DNA of 63,685 nt, filler included, from Candidatus Zhuqueibacterota bacterium (lineage in GTDB: Bacteria > BS750m-G25): assembly GCA_016783505.1 (NCBI GenBank). It is 6 parts of 4 records of this genome, joined end to end, with 100 filler letters (N's around TTAATTAATTAA, not from the genome) between each part and the next. Parts side by side here need not be neighbours in the genome. Positions count along the whole stretch, not along the records: positions 1 to 1,763 come from JADHWK010000005.1; positions 1,864 to 22,034 come from JADHWK010000005.1; 4 more parts are not named here. One strand, 5' to 3'. Position 1 is the first letter of the stretch, and every line of letters starts with the position of its first letter. The position numbers and the translations under genes are program-made. Of this stretch, positions 1 to 10,605 are shown piece after piece. The notes beneath the pieces were generated by a model. That model had not been told where the DNA came from. It did no database searches and saw only the letters and a program-made list of their open reading frames with translations.

Positions 1-2
1 CC

Positions 3-938
3 ATTAATTCTCACATAAAAGAGATTATCAATCAGTCCCAGCCCCGTAATCTCTATCCCCCCATCCAATATATGCTGGCAGGGGGCGGAAAGCGGTTGCG
101 TCCCATCCTCACCCTCATCTCCTGCCGGGCGGTGGGGGGACAGGTTGAAGAGGCCTTAGATGCGGCCTGTGCCATCGAGCTTTTGCACAACTTTACCTTA
201 GTACACGACGACATCATGGACGACGATGATATGAGGAGGGGCCGGCCCACCGTGCATAAAAAATGGGATCAGGGGATTGCTATCCTGGCCGGGGACGGAC
301 TGATCGGTCTTGCTTTTCAGTCCCTGCTGCGCACCCGATCACCACAGATTAGCCAGATCCTGAACCTCTTCACCGAAGGGGTGATCGAGGTTTGTGAGGG
401 GCAGGCACTGGATAAAGAATTTGAGGACCGCCCCCGGGTTTCCCTGGATGAGTATTTTAATATGATCAGAAAAAAGACCGGCAAGATGATCGCCCTGTCG
501 GCCCAGGTCGGGGGGCTGATCGGTGGTGGGGGACCAGAGCAGGTTGCCGGGCTGGAAATGTATGGGTCCCTGATCGGTAAGGCCTTTCAGATTCAGGACG
601 ACCTTCTGGATATTACCTCATCGGAGGAGGTCATTGGCAAGACCTTCGGCAGCGACATCACCGCCGGCAAGAAGACCTACCTTACCATTAAGGCCCGGGA
701 GATGCTGATGGGTAGGGAACACCCCCTGCTGTCCCCGAACAGGAAAAGGGGATGGGACCGGGCCGATTTACATTCTATCCGTGAATTCTTCGAGGAATTG
801 GGGGTAATTAAGGCGGCCCGACAGGAAGCGGAGGGGTGCATAGTCGCAGCCGACAGGGAGCTACGGGTCTTTGCGGATCCCCGCTCCAGGGAGGAACTGG
901 AGGCCTTCTCCGCCCTTGTCCTGAATCGAAAGCGCTGA
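3..938 (+). CDS. Polyprenyl diphosphate synthase (GGPP/FPP synthase family), 5'-truncated by the window edge
   Basis: GGKRLRP motif, FARM HDDIMDDDDMRRG and SARM FQIQDDLLD. The frame is open from base 3 (INSHIKEI...) into the ORF-track Met at 72. Confidence 0.93.
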   Translation: MNSHIKEIINQSQPRNLYPPIQYMLAGGGKRLRPILTLISCRAVGGQVEEALDAACAIELLHNFTLVHDDIMDDDDMRRGRPTVHKKWDQGIAILAGDGLIGLAFQSLLRTRSPQISQILNLFTEGVIEVCEGQALDKEFEDRPRVSLDEYFNMIRKKTGKMIALSAQVGGLIGGGGPEQVAGLEMYGSLIGKAFQIQDDLLDITSSEEVIGKTFGSDITAGKKTYLTIKAREMLMGREHPLLSPNRKRGWDRADLHSIREFFEELGVIKAARQEAEGCIVAADRELRVFADPRSREELEAFSALVLNRKR

Positions 939-945
939 GGGGTAA

Positions 946-1641
946 ATGGGTCCCGAACAGCAGATTTTGTTGGTGGGATTGGTGGGCGGGGTGGTGGCCC
1001 TGGATACCACCGCCGCCTGGCAGATAATGATCTCCCAGCCCATCATCTGTTGTCCCCTGATCGGATTTCTGCTGGGAGACCCCCAGACCGGCCTGATCGT
1101 AGGATTGTTGATGGAATTCCTGTGGCTGGCCTTCGTGCCCACCGGGGCCTCATTCTTTCCCGATGGGAACCTGGGTTCGCTGGTGACCGCTGCCTTAGCA
1201 TCGGTGGGGATTTCAGGGGCTGGTCCCCTATCCCCGATGGGGTTCTTCGTGGTTATGGCCTATGGGATCGCCCTGAGCTACCTGGGGGGAAAGGTGATCG
1301 TTTGGAAGCGGAAGTGGAATGGAAAGCGGCTCCACCGATGGGAAGGAATGGGGATTAAGGGAAACTTAAAAAGGTTTTCCCTGTCTTTCAGTCTACGTCT
1401 TTTGGAAACCTTTATCATCGGTTTCCTGTTCGCTGGAATAATGTTTTGGTGGGGATGGTGGCTTCTCCCGAAGCTGATCCGGTTAATCCCATCTTCCTTT
1501 AACCCCATTTTTTTACCCCTAAAGGCCGCCCTTCTGGGACTGGGGGGGGCAGTGATGCTGAAGCTCTTTTATTCTCGAAGGAAAATGGCTCAACTGGGAG
1601 TAGGGTTGGTAGTGGGGATGGTGTTGGCGTTAAGCTTCTAA
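946..1641 (+). CDS. PTS mannose/fructose/sorbose-family EIIC-like membrane subunit
   Basis: N-terminus ALD...QIMISQPIICCPLIGFLLGDPQTGLIVGLLMEFLWL..PTGA..PD matches the EII-Sor IIC pattern, with several hydrophobic helices. Confidence 0.8.
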   Translation: MGPEQQILLVGLVGGVVALDTTAAWQIMISQPIICCPLIGFLLGDPQTGLIVGLLMEFLWLAFVPTGASFFPDGNLGSLVTAALASVGISGAGPLSPMGFFVVMAYGIALSYLGGKVIVWKRKWNGKRLHRWEGMGIKGNLKRFSLSFSLRLLETFIIGFLFAGIMFWWGWWLLPKLIRLIPSSFNPIFLPLKAALLGLGGAVMLKLFYSRRKMAQLGVGLVVGMVLALSF

Positions 1642-1763
1642 TTGCTTAATATTAACCTAAATCCGGAAATTCAATAATGTTGACCGAAGGTTCGCCGTGG
1701 CGAAAAACCACTGAATTATTTATTGTTAATTGCTAATTGTTAAAACCCAGGGTCCAGCAGAAA

Positions 1764-1863
1764 NNNNNNNNNNNNNNNNNNNNNNNNNNNNNNNNNNNNN
1801 NNNNNNNTTAATTAATTAANNNNNNNNNNNNNNNNNNNNNNNNNNNNNNNNNNNNNNNNNNNN
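1764..1863. other. Artificial contig linker (N44-TTAATTAATTAA-N44)
   Basis: Identical 100-nt spacer with stops in all six frames, occurring five times in the window. Confidence 0.98.
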
Positions 1864-2290
1864 AGAATTCTTTGGGGTTGGTGTATACCCTGGGAGCATA
1901 CTTTAGTATTAAACCAAATTCCTCAGCGGTTACAGGTTGGGGTGGATCCAATTCCAAGACTTTGGCATATTCTATGCTAGCCTCTTTCAATCTCCGCTCC
2001 AGGTGATAGACATACCCCAAGCGGTTGTGGTAATAGGGGTCCTGGGGGGCAAGTTGGACTGCTTTTTGATAGTCTGCAATGGCTGCGGCATGATTCTCCG
2101 GCTTGTTCTCTTCTTCAGCGCGGAAAAGATCCAGATAGACCTCTCCCCTTTCAAAGTAGAATCTAGCCAAATCCTGAACCGAGGAGAAAAATCGGCCCTT
2201 ATCTGTTAAGTTCGATCTACCTTGAGCCTCAACTTTGGCGATGCCACAAAACAGTAAGAGGATTGATAGTAATCCTGTCAGCTTTCTCAT
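1864..2290 (-). CDS. Secreted TPR-repeat protein, 3'-truncated at the contig end
   Basis: Signal peptide MRKLTGLLSILLLFCGIAKVEAQ follows an AGGAGG RBS. TPR pattern AIADYQKAVQLAPQDPYYHNRLGYVY...EASIEYAKVLELDP. Confidence 0.75.
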
Positions 2291-2563
2291 TTTTAGAGCC
2301 CTCCTTTTTGCTTCAAAGCCGTTATCCCTTGGAATCAGGATAGGATTTTTGTCATATTTCACGAATGCCCTGGGTGGATCCAATTCCAAGACCTTGTCAT
2401 ATTCTATGCTAGCCTCTTTCAATCTCCGCTCCAGGCGATAGACATACCCCACCGAGGAGAAAAATTGGCCCTCGTCTGTTAAGTTTGATCTACTTTGAGC
2501 CTCAACTTTGGCGACGCCACAAAACAGTAAGATGATTGATAGTAATCCTGTCGGCCTTCTCAT
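2291..2563 (-). pseudogene. Internally deleted duplicate of the TPR gene, fused in frame upstream of it
   Basis: 2451-2640 repeats 2178-2367 (offset 273) and 2372-2451 repeats 1940-2019 (offset 432). The segment between them is missing from this copy. Confidence 0.75.
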
Positions 2564-2669
2564 TTTTAGAGTCCTCCTTTTTACTTCAAAGCCGTTGCCC
2601 CTTGGAATCAGGATAGGATTTTTGTTATATTTTACGAATCCCTTGGACGGGAAAAATTCCTTTGCCCCG

Positions 2670-3437
2670 TTAGAATTTCTTGTCTCGTCCTGATTTTTTC
2701 GTATATATTCTCTCCGAGGTGCACCCTTGTGATAAATGAATCAAGACACACCCTAATCTCGGCGTGTTTATTCCCCCAGAAAAATATCCGGGTCCGACAT
2801 CTATTCTCTCTACATACTTCCTATCTTCCGTCCCGCCGATGTCTCTGATACCCTGACTCACCCGGTTGAAAGCGTCCCTTATCTTTTTACCCCTTATCTT
2901 GCCTTCCAAAAGAAATTCCAGCCCCAGCGGGTCTCGTATCTTCTCGTAACTGTCACCGATGGCGACATTTTTATCAATTCGACCGCAGAAGGGGCAGGTC
3001 TGGAGCTCAGGATATTCTTCCATTGATAGATAGTGGACGCTGCCGCCGGGTTCGAAATGAACACTGGTGGCGATGGCCCAACATGAGTATGTCCTATCGC
3101 CTTTGACCTCAAATAGCCTATCCCCCAAGGCCTTGAGGTAATACCTGAGATGTAGGGAGTGCTCGTGGAAAAGGGCCGGGTTGGAAAAGCCACCATAGGG
3201 TTGCCAGTGATCCCGGGCAACCTCGCCGTCGGCCCCATCCAGGGGTGATCTCCATGTTACCCGGTACATGTTACATTTATCGAAGAGACCGAGCACAACG
3301 TTCACCGCATTGTCATAGGAGGCTGCAAAGTCCTTGCTGACGTAGAACCAGACGTTGGGATAGCGCGGCATCTCTTGGGGAAAATCCACCCTGGGAATCA
3401 AGGGATATTCCCGTCCCTCTAAGGGAATCGTAAGCAT
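2670..3437 (-). CDS. Hypothetical protein (single CPFCG motif)
   Basis: 255-aa ORF with a GGAG RBS, co-oriented with its neighbours. No family recognised. Confidence 0.6.
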   Translation of the reverse strand: MLTIPLEGREYPLIPRVDFPQEMPRYPNVWFYVSKDFAASYDNAVNVVLGLFDKCNMYRVTWRSPLDGADGEVARDHWQPYGGFSNPALFHEHSLHLRYYLKALGDRLFEVKGDRTYSCWAIATSVHFEPGGSVHYLSMEEYPELQTCPFCGRIDKNVAIGDSYEKIRDPLGLEFLLEGKIRGKKIRDAFNRVSQGIRDIGGTEDRKYVERIDVGPGYFSGGINTPRLGCVLIHLSQGCTSERIYTKKSGRDKKF

Positions 3438-3505
3438 CTTTCACTCCAAGCCTTGATTGTCACTACAATAATTAGGAGTTTTAAAAATAAGAGAAAATTT
3501 TAACA

Positions 3506-4528
3506 TTATCCTGATACTTTTCTTAGGGTAAGCTTACTGGCAAAATGGCAAGCAACCCAATGTTCAGATCCAACTTCTCCCCATTTAGGTTTTTCATTTT
3601 TGCATATGTCTTTAGCATATTTACAGCGAGGATGAAAATAGCATCCAGAGGGTGGATTGGAGGGGTCAGCTATTTCACCGGGGAGGATAATTCGCTCCAT
3701 TCTCAGGCGAGGATCGGGCTTGGGTAGAGCGGATAAGAGGGCTTCTGAGTAAGGGTGCTTTGGATTAAGAAAAAATTCTTCGGTTTCAGCCAGCTCAACA
3801 ATCTTCCCCACATACATCACCGCCACCCGATCAGAGATATGTTCAATTACGCTCAAATCATGGGAGATGAAGAGATAAGTGAGATTAAATTCTTTTTGTA
3901 AATCCTGCAAGAGATTTAATGTTTGGGCTTGGACAGAAACGTCCAGGGCAGAAACTGGTTCATCGGCCACAATAAATTTAGGATTGAGAGCCAGTGCTCG
4001 GGCAATTCCGATGCGCTGGCGTTGTCCACCACTAAAAGCATGGGGATAGCGTCTTAAATGCCTTACATCTAATCCCACAGTTTTAACTAAATCCTTAACT
4101 CTATTTCTTAACTCTACGCCTTTAGCGATTTTATTAACTAATAAGGGTTCTCCGATAATGTCTAATACTGTCATTCTGGAATCTAAGGAAGAATAAGGAT
4201 CCTGAAAAATTAATTGCATATCTTTCCTAATTGATCTTAGCTCTTCCTTGTTTAGTCGAGTAATATCTACCATTTTACTATCACCCATTTTAAAAAGAAC
4301 CTCTCCCCCTGTAGGCTCAATAGCACGCAGGATACATCTGCCGATAGTAGTCTTACCGCAACCACTTTCCCCGACCAATCCCAAAGTTTCTCCTTCCGGG
4401 ACATAGAGATTAACCCCATCAACTGCTTTTACATAACCGACTATTTTTTTCCAGAATCCCTTCTCAATGGGGAAATATTTTTTAAGATTTTTGACTTCTA
4501 AGAGTGGTTTTTTATCTTCTTTCGGCAT
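3506..4528 (-). CDS. oppF: Opp/Dpp-type ABC transporter ATP-binding subunit (OppF/DppF-like)
   Basis: Walker A GESGCGKT, signature [16 protein letters not shown], and oligo_HPY tail HPY...GCYFHPRC. Confidence 0.92.
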   Translation of the reverse strand: MPKEDKKPLLEVKNLKKYFPIEKGFWKKIVGYVKAVDGVNLYVPEGETLGLVGESGCGKTTIGRCILRAIEPTGGEVLFKMGDSKMVDITRLNKEELRSIRKDMQLIFQDPYSSLDSRMTVLDIIGEPLLVNKIAKGVELRNRVKDLVKTVGLDVRHLRRYPHAFSGGQRQRIGIARALALNPKFIVADEPVSALDVSVQAQTLNLLQDLQKEFNLTYLFISHDLSVIEHISDRVAVMYVGKIVELAETEEFFLNPKHPYSEALLSALPKPDPRLRMERIILPGEIADPSNPPSGCYFHPRCKYAKDICKNEKPKWGEVGSEHWVACHFASKLTLRKVSG

Positions 4529-4530
4529 GA

Positions 4531-5541
4531 TTACCTATACAGGACACATTCAACTTTATGCCCATTTTCTAATTCGATTAAAGGAGGAGCATCAATATTG
4601 CAGATACCTTCTTTAGCTTGGGGGCAGCGGGGATAAAATGTGCATCCCCGAGGAAGTCCCAGGGGAAGGGGCACTGTCCCTTTGATAGAGTCAAGGCGTG
4701 CCCTTACCTTTCTTCCCACTCTGGGGATAGATTTCAATAATCTGCTGGTATAGGGATGTTTAGGATTATGGAAAATATCCTCTACACTGCCATATTCTAC
4801 CACTTTACCCAAATACATAACTGCTACTTCATCTGATATCTCTGCAATGACCCCTAAATTATGGGTAATATAAATAATTGACATTCCAAATTCCTTTTGC
4901 AAATCTTTCATTAGTTCCAAAATTTGAGCCTGCACGGTGACATCTAAGGCAGTGGTAGGCTCATCGGCAATAAGCAGGCTGGGATTACAGGATAGAGCCA
5001 TAGCAATCATTGCTCTTTGGCGCAAGCCACCGGAAAGCTGATGGGGGTAATCATCTATTCTGTGAGATGGATCAGGAATACCAACTTTATCCAGCATTTC
5101 CTTGGCCAGTCCTCTGGCTTCAGTCTTATTTAGTTTCCGATGTAGAAGAATAGTTTCCATAATTTGATTTCCTATAGTATGCAAAGGGGAAAGGGAAGTC
5201 ATTGGCTCTTGAAATATCATTGTTATCTGGTTACCCCTAATGTTTCTAATTTCTTTCCCAAAAGGATCTAATTCAGCAAGGTCAACGTTTTTCTCATTCT
5301 CTTGGTGGAATAATATTTCCCCTTCTGTTTTCCCAGGAGAGGGAACTATCCTCAGGATAGACTGAGCAGTAACGGATTTGCCACAGCCTGATTCACCGAC
5401 TATGCCTAACGTTTTCCCCCTGTCTATTTTAAAGCTGACCCCGTCCACTGCCTTCAGGATGCCTTCATCTAAATAAAAATACGTCCTAAGGTCTTTTATT
5501 TCCAGCAAGGGGTCATCTTCGCTTTTCAATTTTGATCTCAT
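4531..5541 (-). CDS. oppD: Opp/Dpp-type ABC transporter ATP-binding subunit (OppD/DppD-like)
   Basis: [33 protein letters not shown] and HPYT motifs. Confidence 0.92.
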   Translation of the reverse strand: MRSKLKSEDDPLLEIKDLRTYFYLDEGILKAVDGVSFKIDRGKTLGIVGESGCGKSVTAQSILRIVPSPGKTEGEILFHQENEKNVDLAELDPFGKEIRNIRGNQITMIFQEPMTSLSPLHTIGNQIMETILLHRKLNKTEARGLAKEMLDKVGIPDPSHRIDDYPHQLSGGLRQRAMIAMALSCNPSLLIADEPTTALDVTVQAQILELMKDLQKEFGMSIIYITHNLGVIAEISDEVAVMYLGKVVEYGSVEDIFHNPKHPYTSRLLKSIPRVGRKVRARLDSIKGTVPLPLGLPRGCTFYPRCPQAKEGICNIDAPPLIELENGHKVECVLYR

Positions 5542-6653
5542 TATTTATAAGGATCAGCCGCATCTCGCAGGCCATCCCCTAAAAAATTGAAAGCAAGTAC
5601 TGTAACGATAACAAAAAGGCCGGGAATTAAAAGCCAGGGATGAAGGACAACGGTGCGGACATTTTGTGCATCCCGTAAAAGCACTCCCCAGCTAACCACC
5701 GGTGGTTGAAGCCCAAGGCCAAGAAAACTTAAAGAGGTTTCCCCTAAAATCATACCGGGTATGGCTAAGGTTATGTTCACGATGAGGTATGACAAAAATG
5801 AGGGAAGGAGATGTCTGGTTATTATTCGGCCATCAGTTGCCCCGATAATTTTCGCTGCCATAACAAAATCCTCTTGCCTTAGTTCCAAAAGTTTCCCCCT
5901 GACTACCCGGGCTAAACCGCACCATCCTACAATAGAGAGGATAATGGTAATTCCAAAGTAAACCTTAATTGGCGGCCAATGGGGTGGTAAAGCTGCGCTC
6001 AATGCCATCCAGAGGGGAATAGTTGGTATGGACATTAAAAATTCGATAACTCTCTGGATAACCATATCAGCAGTTCCGCCAAAATATCCGGAGATTCCCC
6101 CAAGGGCACATCCTAAGATAAAACTGAGAGCTACTCCTACTAATCCGATGGATAAAGAAATCCGGGCTGCATGGAGATTACGGGAGAACAAATCTCTGCC
6201 TAATTTGTCGGTTCCAAAAAGAAATATTGTCCCGGGCTCTTTCACCCCGAGAAGATGGAGATCTGTGGGGAACAAGTTCCAGAGTTTATACTTATCACCG
6301 CGAATAAAGAAATAGATGGGATACTTTTTAGTTCTATCCTCGGAATATGTTCTGCGGAGGGTTACTGGATTGATCTTTCTTTTTAATCCATAAACAAACG
6401 GTCGAAGATGAAATCCTTCTTCATCAAAGAAATGAATCCTCTGCGGTGGGGCGTGGATATATTTTGTATGGCGTTTATATATGTCCTGGGTAGAAAAGAA
6501 CCCACAGAATATGGCTACAAAGTAAAAAATAAATAATACAATGGCGCCAAAGATGGCTAACTTATGTTTCTTAAACTTTCGCCACATAAGTTGCCATTGT
6601 GTAGCAATATAAAACTTTTCTTCAGCGGTGATCTTATCTTGCCTGTTTTTCAT
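5541..6653 (-). CDS. oppC: Opp/Dpp-type ABC permease (OppC-like)
   Basis: WRKFKKHKLA N-terminus, GTDKLGRD, FVMAAKIIGA EAA loop and LSFLGLG. Confidence 0.92.
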   Translation of the reverse strand: MKNRQDKITAEEKFYIATQWQLMWRKFKKHKLAIFGAIVLFIFYFVAIFCGFFSTQDIYKRHTKYIHAPPQRIHFFDEEGFHLRPFVYGLKRKINPVTLRRTYSEDRTKKYPIYFFIRGDKYKLWNLFPTDLHLLGVKEPGTIFLFGTDKLGRDLFSRNLHAARISLSIGLVGVALSFILGCALGGISGYFGGTADMVIQRVIEFLMSIPTIPLWMALSAALPPHWPPIKVYFGITIILSIVGWCGLARVVRGKLLELRQEDFVMAAKIIGATDGRIITRHLLPSFLSYLIVNITLAIPGMILGETSLSFLGLGLQPPVVSWGVLLRDAQNVRTVVLHPWLLIPGLFVIVTVLAFNFLGDGLRDAADPYK

Positions 6654-7629
6654 AGCGGATCCGGGGATCTAACCAAACCAACAAAATATCGGAGATAAAG
6701 GTTCCAATTACGGTCAGAAAGGTTAAAATCATAATCGAACTACCGGCTAAATACATATCCTGATTCACCAATGCCCGGAAAAGTAGAGGCCCTATTGTAG
6801 GAAGGCCAAGTACTATAGCCACAATAGTCTGGCCAGAAATGATACGGGGAAGGGTCCAGCCGATGGTACTAATTATGGGATTAATAGCTACTCTTACTGG
6901 ATATTTGAACAAGAGCCTTCGTTCTGAGACCCCTTTGGCTCGAGCAGTGATGACATATTGCTTCTGAAGTTCGTCTAATAAACATCCTCGCATAACCCGG
7001 ATAAGTCCAGCAGTACCAGCCATACCAATAACTACTACGGGAATCGGCAGATGTTTTAGTAAATCTATGAATTTAGCCCCACTCCAGGGAGCTAACTGAT
7101 ACTGGGGCGAAAAAAGGCCACCAATACTGAGACCAAAATATCTGTAAGAAACAAACATTAATATTAGCGCAAGAAGGAAACGAGGGGTAGCCAGACCAAT
7201 AAAACCAATAACCGTAAAGGCATAATCACCAACGGAGTATTGATGGGTAGCTGAGTAAATACCGATGGGGATAGCCAACAGATAGGTAAAAATGAGCGTA
7301 AAAAGGGACACGGTTACCGTTAAAGGTAGGCGTTCCAATATTAAATCTTTTACTGGCCGGTTCCATTCGAAAGATTTTCCGAAATTGCCATGCAGCATTT
7401 TCCACATCCATTGGCAATACTGAAGATGTATTGGTAAATCCAGGTCATACTGTTTTCTCAACGCGGCAATTTCCGCTTCGTCAACAATCTGGCCGCTTGC
7501 CTTCAATTTCATTATATAGGAAGTCAAAAAGTCTCCGGGGGGAAGCTGAATAATGACGAATGCAGTAATTGATACTACTAATAAGACAATGATCATGTAA
7601 AAAAAGCGACGAAGGACATAAGATAGCAT
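6634..7629 (-). CDS. oppB: Opp/Dpp-type ABC permease (OppB-like)
   Basis: YVLRR N-terminus, YVITARAKG EAA loop and C-terminal LDPRIR. Confidence 0.92.
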   Translation of the reverse strand: MLSYVLRRFFYMIIVLLVVSITAFVIIQLPPGDFLTSYIMKLKASGQIVDEAEIAALRKQYDLDLPIHLQYCQWMWKMLHGNFGKSFEWNRPVKDLILERLPLTVTVSLFTLIFTYLLAIPIGIYSATHQYSVGDYAFTVIGFIGLATPRFLLALILMFVSYRYFGLSIGGLFSPQYQLAPWSGAKFIDLLKHLPIPVVVIGMAGTAGLIRVMRGCLLDELQKQYVITARAKGVSERRLLFKYPVRVAINPIISTIGWTLPRIISGQTIVAIVLGLPTIGPLLFRALVNQDMYLAGSSIMILTFLTVIGTFISDILLVWLDPRIRYEKQAR

Positions 7630-7676
7630 TTTATTTCTCTTTTATCCTTTGCTAGAACCCGTAAGGACCAAAGGTC

Positions 7677-9596
7677 TTACGGGGTGAAGAAGAATTGAGC
7701 TGGCTCAAAAGCTATCCAGAAATTGCTATCCCAACTCCAGTATCCTTGGGTAGGAACATTCTTGAGATTATTCTTTACTACCGCAGGCCAGGGAGACATG
7801 CCTACGGTACCGATATAGATCAGTTGCTTGGCATGGAAGTCAAATATCTTCTGAGCCAGGCGGGTATACTCTTCTTTAGTTCTCGCAGATGCCCAGTCTT
7901 CCATGTCTTTATAGAATTCCTTCATCTCTTCGGGGGGTTCTTCTCCGTCTTTCCCTTCTGTATTAAACCATAACTCCCACTGCTTGGCCCAACCCCAGCC
8001 ACCGTCAAAGCTGAGTAATCGCCCTGAAAGAGGCTGGCCATATCCATAAAGCTCGGTAACACAGTCTAAATGCCATAGACCTATATCTAAAACGCCGGCA
8101 TCTTTGCGTTTGGCATAATAACTACGATCCTCGGGTTTAAGGGTTATCTTTATTCCGATCTCTTCCCAATATTCTTTTACCAGCTCGCAAATTGCTGTTT
8201 TCGGTCCCTCTCCGGCATAATACTCAATCAAAATGTTTAGAGGTTTACCATCGGGTCTTAGACGATACTTTCGTCCTTTGTCCCATTTTAGACCCATCTT
8301 ATCCAAGAGTTCATGGGCTCTTTGTGGGTCATAGGTCGCGTATGCTTTGGCCCATTCCTCTTTATAGTAGCTGCAAGTAGGAAGGACAGTTGCCTGGCGA
8401 GGGGTAGCCAGACCAAAGCAGACAACCTCGTTGATTTCCTCCCGGTTAATAGCTAAGGAGAGTGCTTGCCGGAATCTAACATCCTGCATGATCTTCCGAA
8501 GTAGGGGGTCGGGATGATTTTGATTGGGTGCAAAGGCAACTGCCGCTCCGATAGCGCTCTTCCACATAAAGGCATGATAATTCCCCTTTTTTTCATTTTC
8601 CTTAAAAAGGGGATAATCTCCCAGCAATAGATTAAAAGAAACGATATCTATCTCTCCAGCAGTCACTTTCATGTTCAATATTTCCTGATTCTCATACAGT
8701 CGGTCAACGATCCGATCAATGTAAGGGAGTTGATTGCCCGCAGTATCCACCTGCCAGAAGTAAGGGTTCCGTTCCCATATCTGGTAGGTAGATGCGACTT
8801 TCTTTATCACATACGCATCAAGAGTAGGAAGATCAAGATCCAGGTTCCATAGGTCATAACCAGGATTTCTGACAGCTTTGAATAATTCCCACCAACGAGT
8901 ATAACCTGCTTTTTTTGCCAGCTCGTTTGCTTCTGGGTTATATTTTATATGATACTTTTTTAAATAATGTTTTGGATCATACAGCTTTGTCTGTGCAGAG
9001 TTCCAACTGTGGCCAAGCAGAGTTACTACCGGATAGGGCACAGCAAAGTGTATTTGTAAGATATAATTGTCTACTTTTTCAAATTTTGCTAACCCCCCGC
9101 CCGGTTTCCAGAATTTCTTCACAATGGGGGAAAGCTCCTTGTTCAGCATGTAATCTTCCCACCAGAAGAGAATATCATCAACAGTGAAAGGAACACCATC
9201 TGACCATTTCAACCCCTTTCTTAAGTAGATAGTCAGCGTCTTTTTATCCTCAGAAACTTCGTAATCCTTGGCTATGTCAGGAATTATTTCTGTGCAGTCC
9301 CCAGAATACCTGAATAAGCCATGATGCCGGAGTGTTCTTCCTTCGATGGCATTAAACGGGGATAAGTCTGCTGTATTTAATGTGCCCCCATACCGCCCAA
9401 TTTCCTCCAACGGCTCTATTACTCTCGGCTCTTCGGGAAGTCTTTCTTCTACTGGGGGGAGTTTACCTGCGGCAACTTTTGTCCTGAGCATGGGAGCTTC
9501 ATTATACCTTGCCGCTGCTGGGGTTGCTCCCAGCAGCAATATTGCTCCGATCAACCCCATAAGTTTATTGAACTTAATGGGTAACCCCATCACCAC
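7677..9596 (-). CDS. Family-5 (OppA/DppA-like) solute-binding protein, probably oligosaccharide-binding
   Basis: Signal peptide, EAPML...GKLPPVEERLP, LRKGLKWSDG and GNQLPYID. This subfamily is typically sugar-binding, and the gene is adjacent to GH130 genes. Confidence 0.88.
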   Translation of the reverse strand: MVMGLPIKFNKLMGLIGAILLLGATPAAARYNEAPMLRTKVAAGKLPPVEERLPEEPRVIEPLEEIGRYGGTLNTADLSPFNAIEGRTLRHHGLFRYSGDCTEIIPDIAKDYEVSEDKKTLTIYLRKGLKWSDGVPFTVDDILFWWEDYMLNKELSPIVKKFWKPGGGLAKFEKVDNYILQIHFAVPYPVVTLLGHSWNSAQTKLYDPKHYLKKYHIKYNPEANELAKKAGYTRWWELFKAVRNPGYDLWNLDLDLPTLDAYVIKKVASTYQIWERNPYFWQVDTAGNQLPYIDRIVDRLYENQEILNMKVTAGEIDIVSFNLLLGDYPLFKENEKKGNYHAFMWKSAIGAAVAFAPNQNHPDPLLRKIMQDVRFRQALSLAINREEINEVVCFGLATPRQATVLPTCSYYKEEWAKAYATYDPQRAHELLDKMGLKWDKGRKYRLRPDGKPLNILIEYYAGEGPKTAICELVKEYWEEIGIKITLKPEDRSYYAKRKDAGVLDIGLWHLDCVTELYGYGQPLSGRLLSFDGGWGWAKQWELWFNTEGKDGEEPPEEMKEFYKDMEDWASARTKEEYTRLAQKIFDFHAKQLIYIGTVGMSPWPAVVKNNLKNVPTQGYWSWDSNFWIAFEPAQFFFTP

Positions 9597-9601
9597 TGAT
9601 T

Positions 9602-10483
9602 TTAGTCTAATTTTTCCACCTCACTGCTAATGGCTACACAGATAACTTTATCACCGCCACCATAGTAAACATAAAAAGAATCATCTTTCTCAATGGCTCC
9701 ACAAGTGAACACCACATTGGGGACATCGCCATATAACTCATAATCTTCTTCGGGCTCAAGGATGGGCTCGTCCTGGCGGGCTAATAATTTGGAGGGATCG
9801 TTTAAATCAAATAACGCTACACCCAATCTATACGCTTTTTTTTCATCAACCCCATGATAAAACTCCAACCAACCTTTTTCTGTTTTTATCGGGGGTGCAC
9901 CGGCACCAATTTTCTTACAATCCCACGAATTTCCCCTGGGCCTCATCACAATTTTATGGCCATACCAATCCTTGAGATTTTCAGAGTAAGCAATCCACAT
10001 ATCTGGTGGGATTCTGTGAAACATGACATACTTCCCATTTATTTTTTCGGGGAACAGCACCGCATCTTTGTTTTCCATGTCAGGTAAAATAACGCCGTGT
10101 CGCTTGTAAGTCTTAAAGTCAGTAGTCGAAGAAAGAGCAACACGGTTGCCAGACCCGGACCATGCACGATTTGAAAGAGCCGTGTATGTAATATAAAACC
10201 TATCATTGATATGGGTTATTCTTGGATCTTCACAGCCGAAATGTTCGTAGTCTTCTTGGGGTTCAAATACTGGACTGTTAAATCGTTTAAAATTCAAACC
10301 GTCTTCACTAACAGCGTGACCAAACCTGGAGATATAAGTATCATACTCACCAATTGCGCGATATAGGAGATGGATTAATCCACCCGCATACACAGCAGCA
10401 CAATTGAAGACTGCTCCGGATTCCCACTTGTTCTCTTTACCGGGTCTTAGAATGGGATTTCCCTTATAACGTCTCAGCTTCAT
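9602..10483 (-). CDS. Glycoside hydrolase family 130 (beta-mannoside phosphorylase/hydrolase)
   Basis: NPIL, VFN, CEDPRI, NKDAVLFPEKING, KIGAGAPPI, YHGV and GDVPNVVF motifs. Confidence 0.9.
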   Translation of the reverse strand: MKLRRYKGNPILRPGKENKWESGAVFNCAAVYAGGLIHLLYRAIGEYDTYISRFGHAVSEDGLNFKRFNSPVFEPQEDYEHFGCEDPRITHINDRFYITYTALSNRAWSGSGNRVALSSTTDFKTYKRHGVILPDMENKDAVLFPEKINGKYVMFHRIPPDMWIAYSENLKDWYGHKIVMRPRGNSWDCKKIGAGAPPIKTEKGWLEFYHGVDEKKAYRLGVALFDLNDPSKLLARQDEPILEPEEDYELYGDVPNVVFTCGAIEKDDSFYVYYGGGDKVICVAISSEVEKLD

Positions 10484-10605
10484 TTTGATCCTTATTTTTA
10501 CTATTCACAAAAATCACCATATTCTTCAGCAGATAAATATAAACTTAAATCAAACTCAGAGCCAGAAAAAACAATATGTGCGTTTTTGTTCAGACTTATA
10601 AAAAG

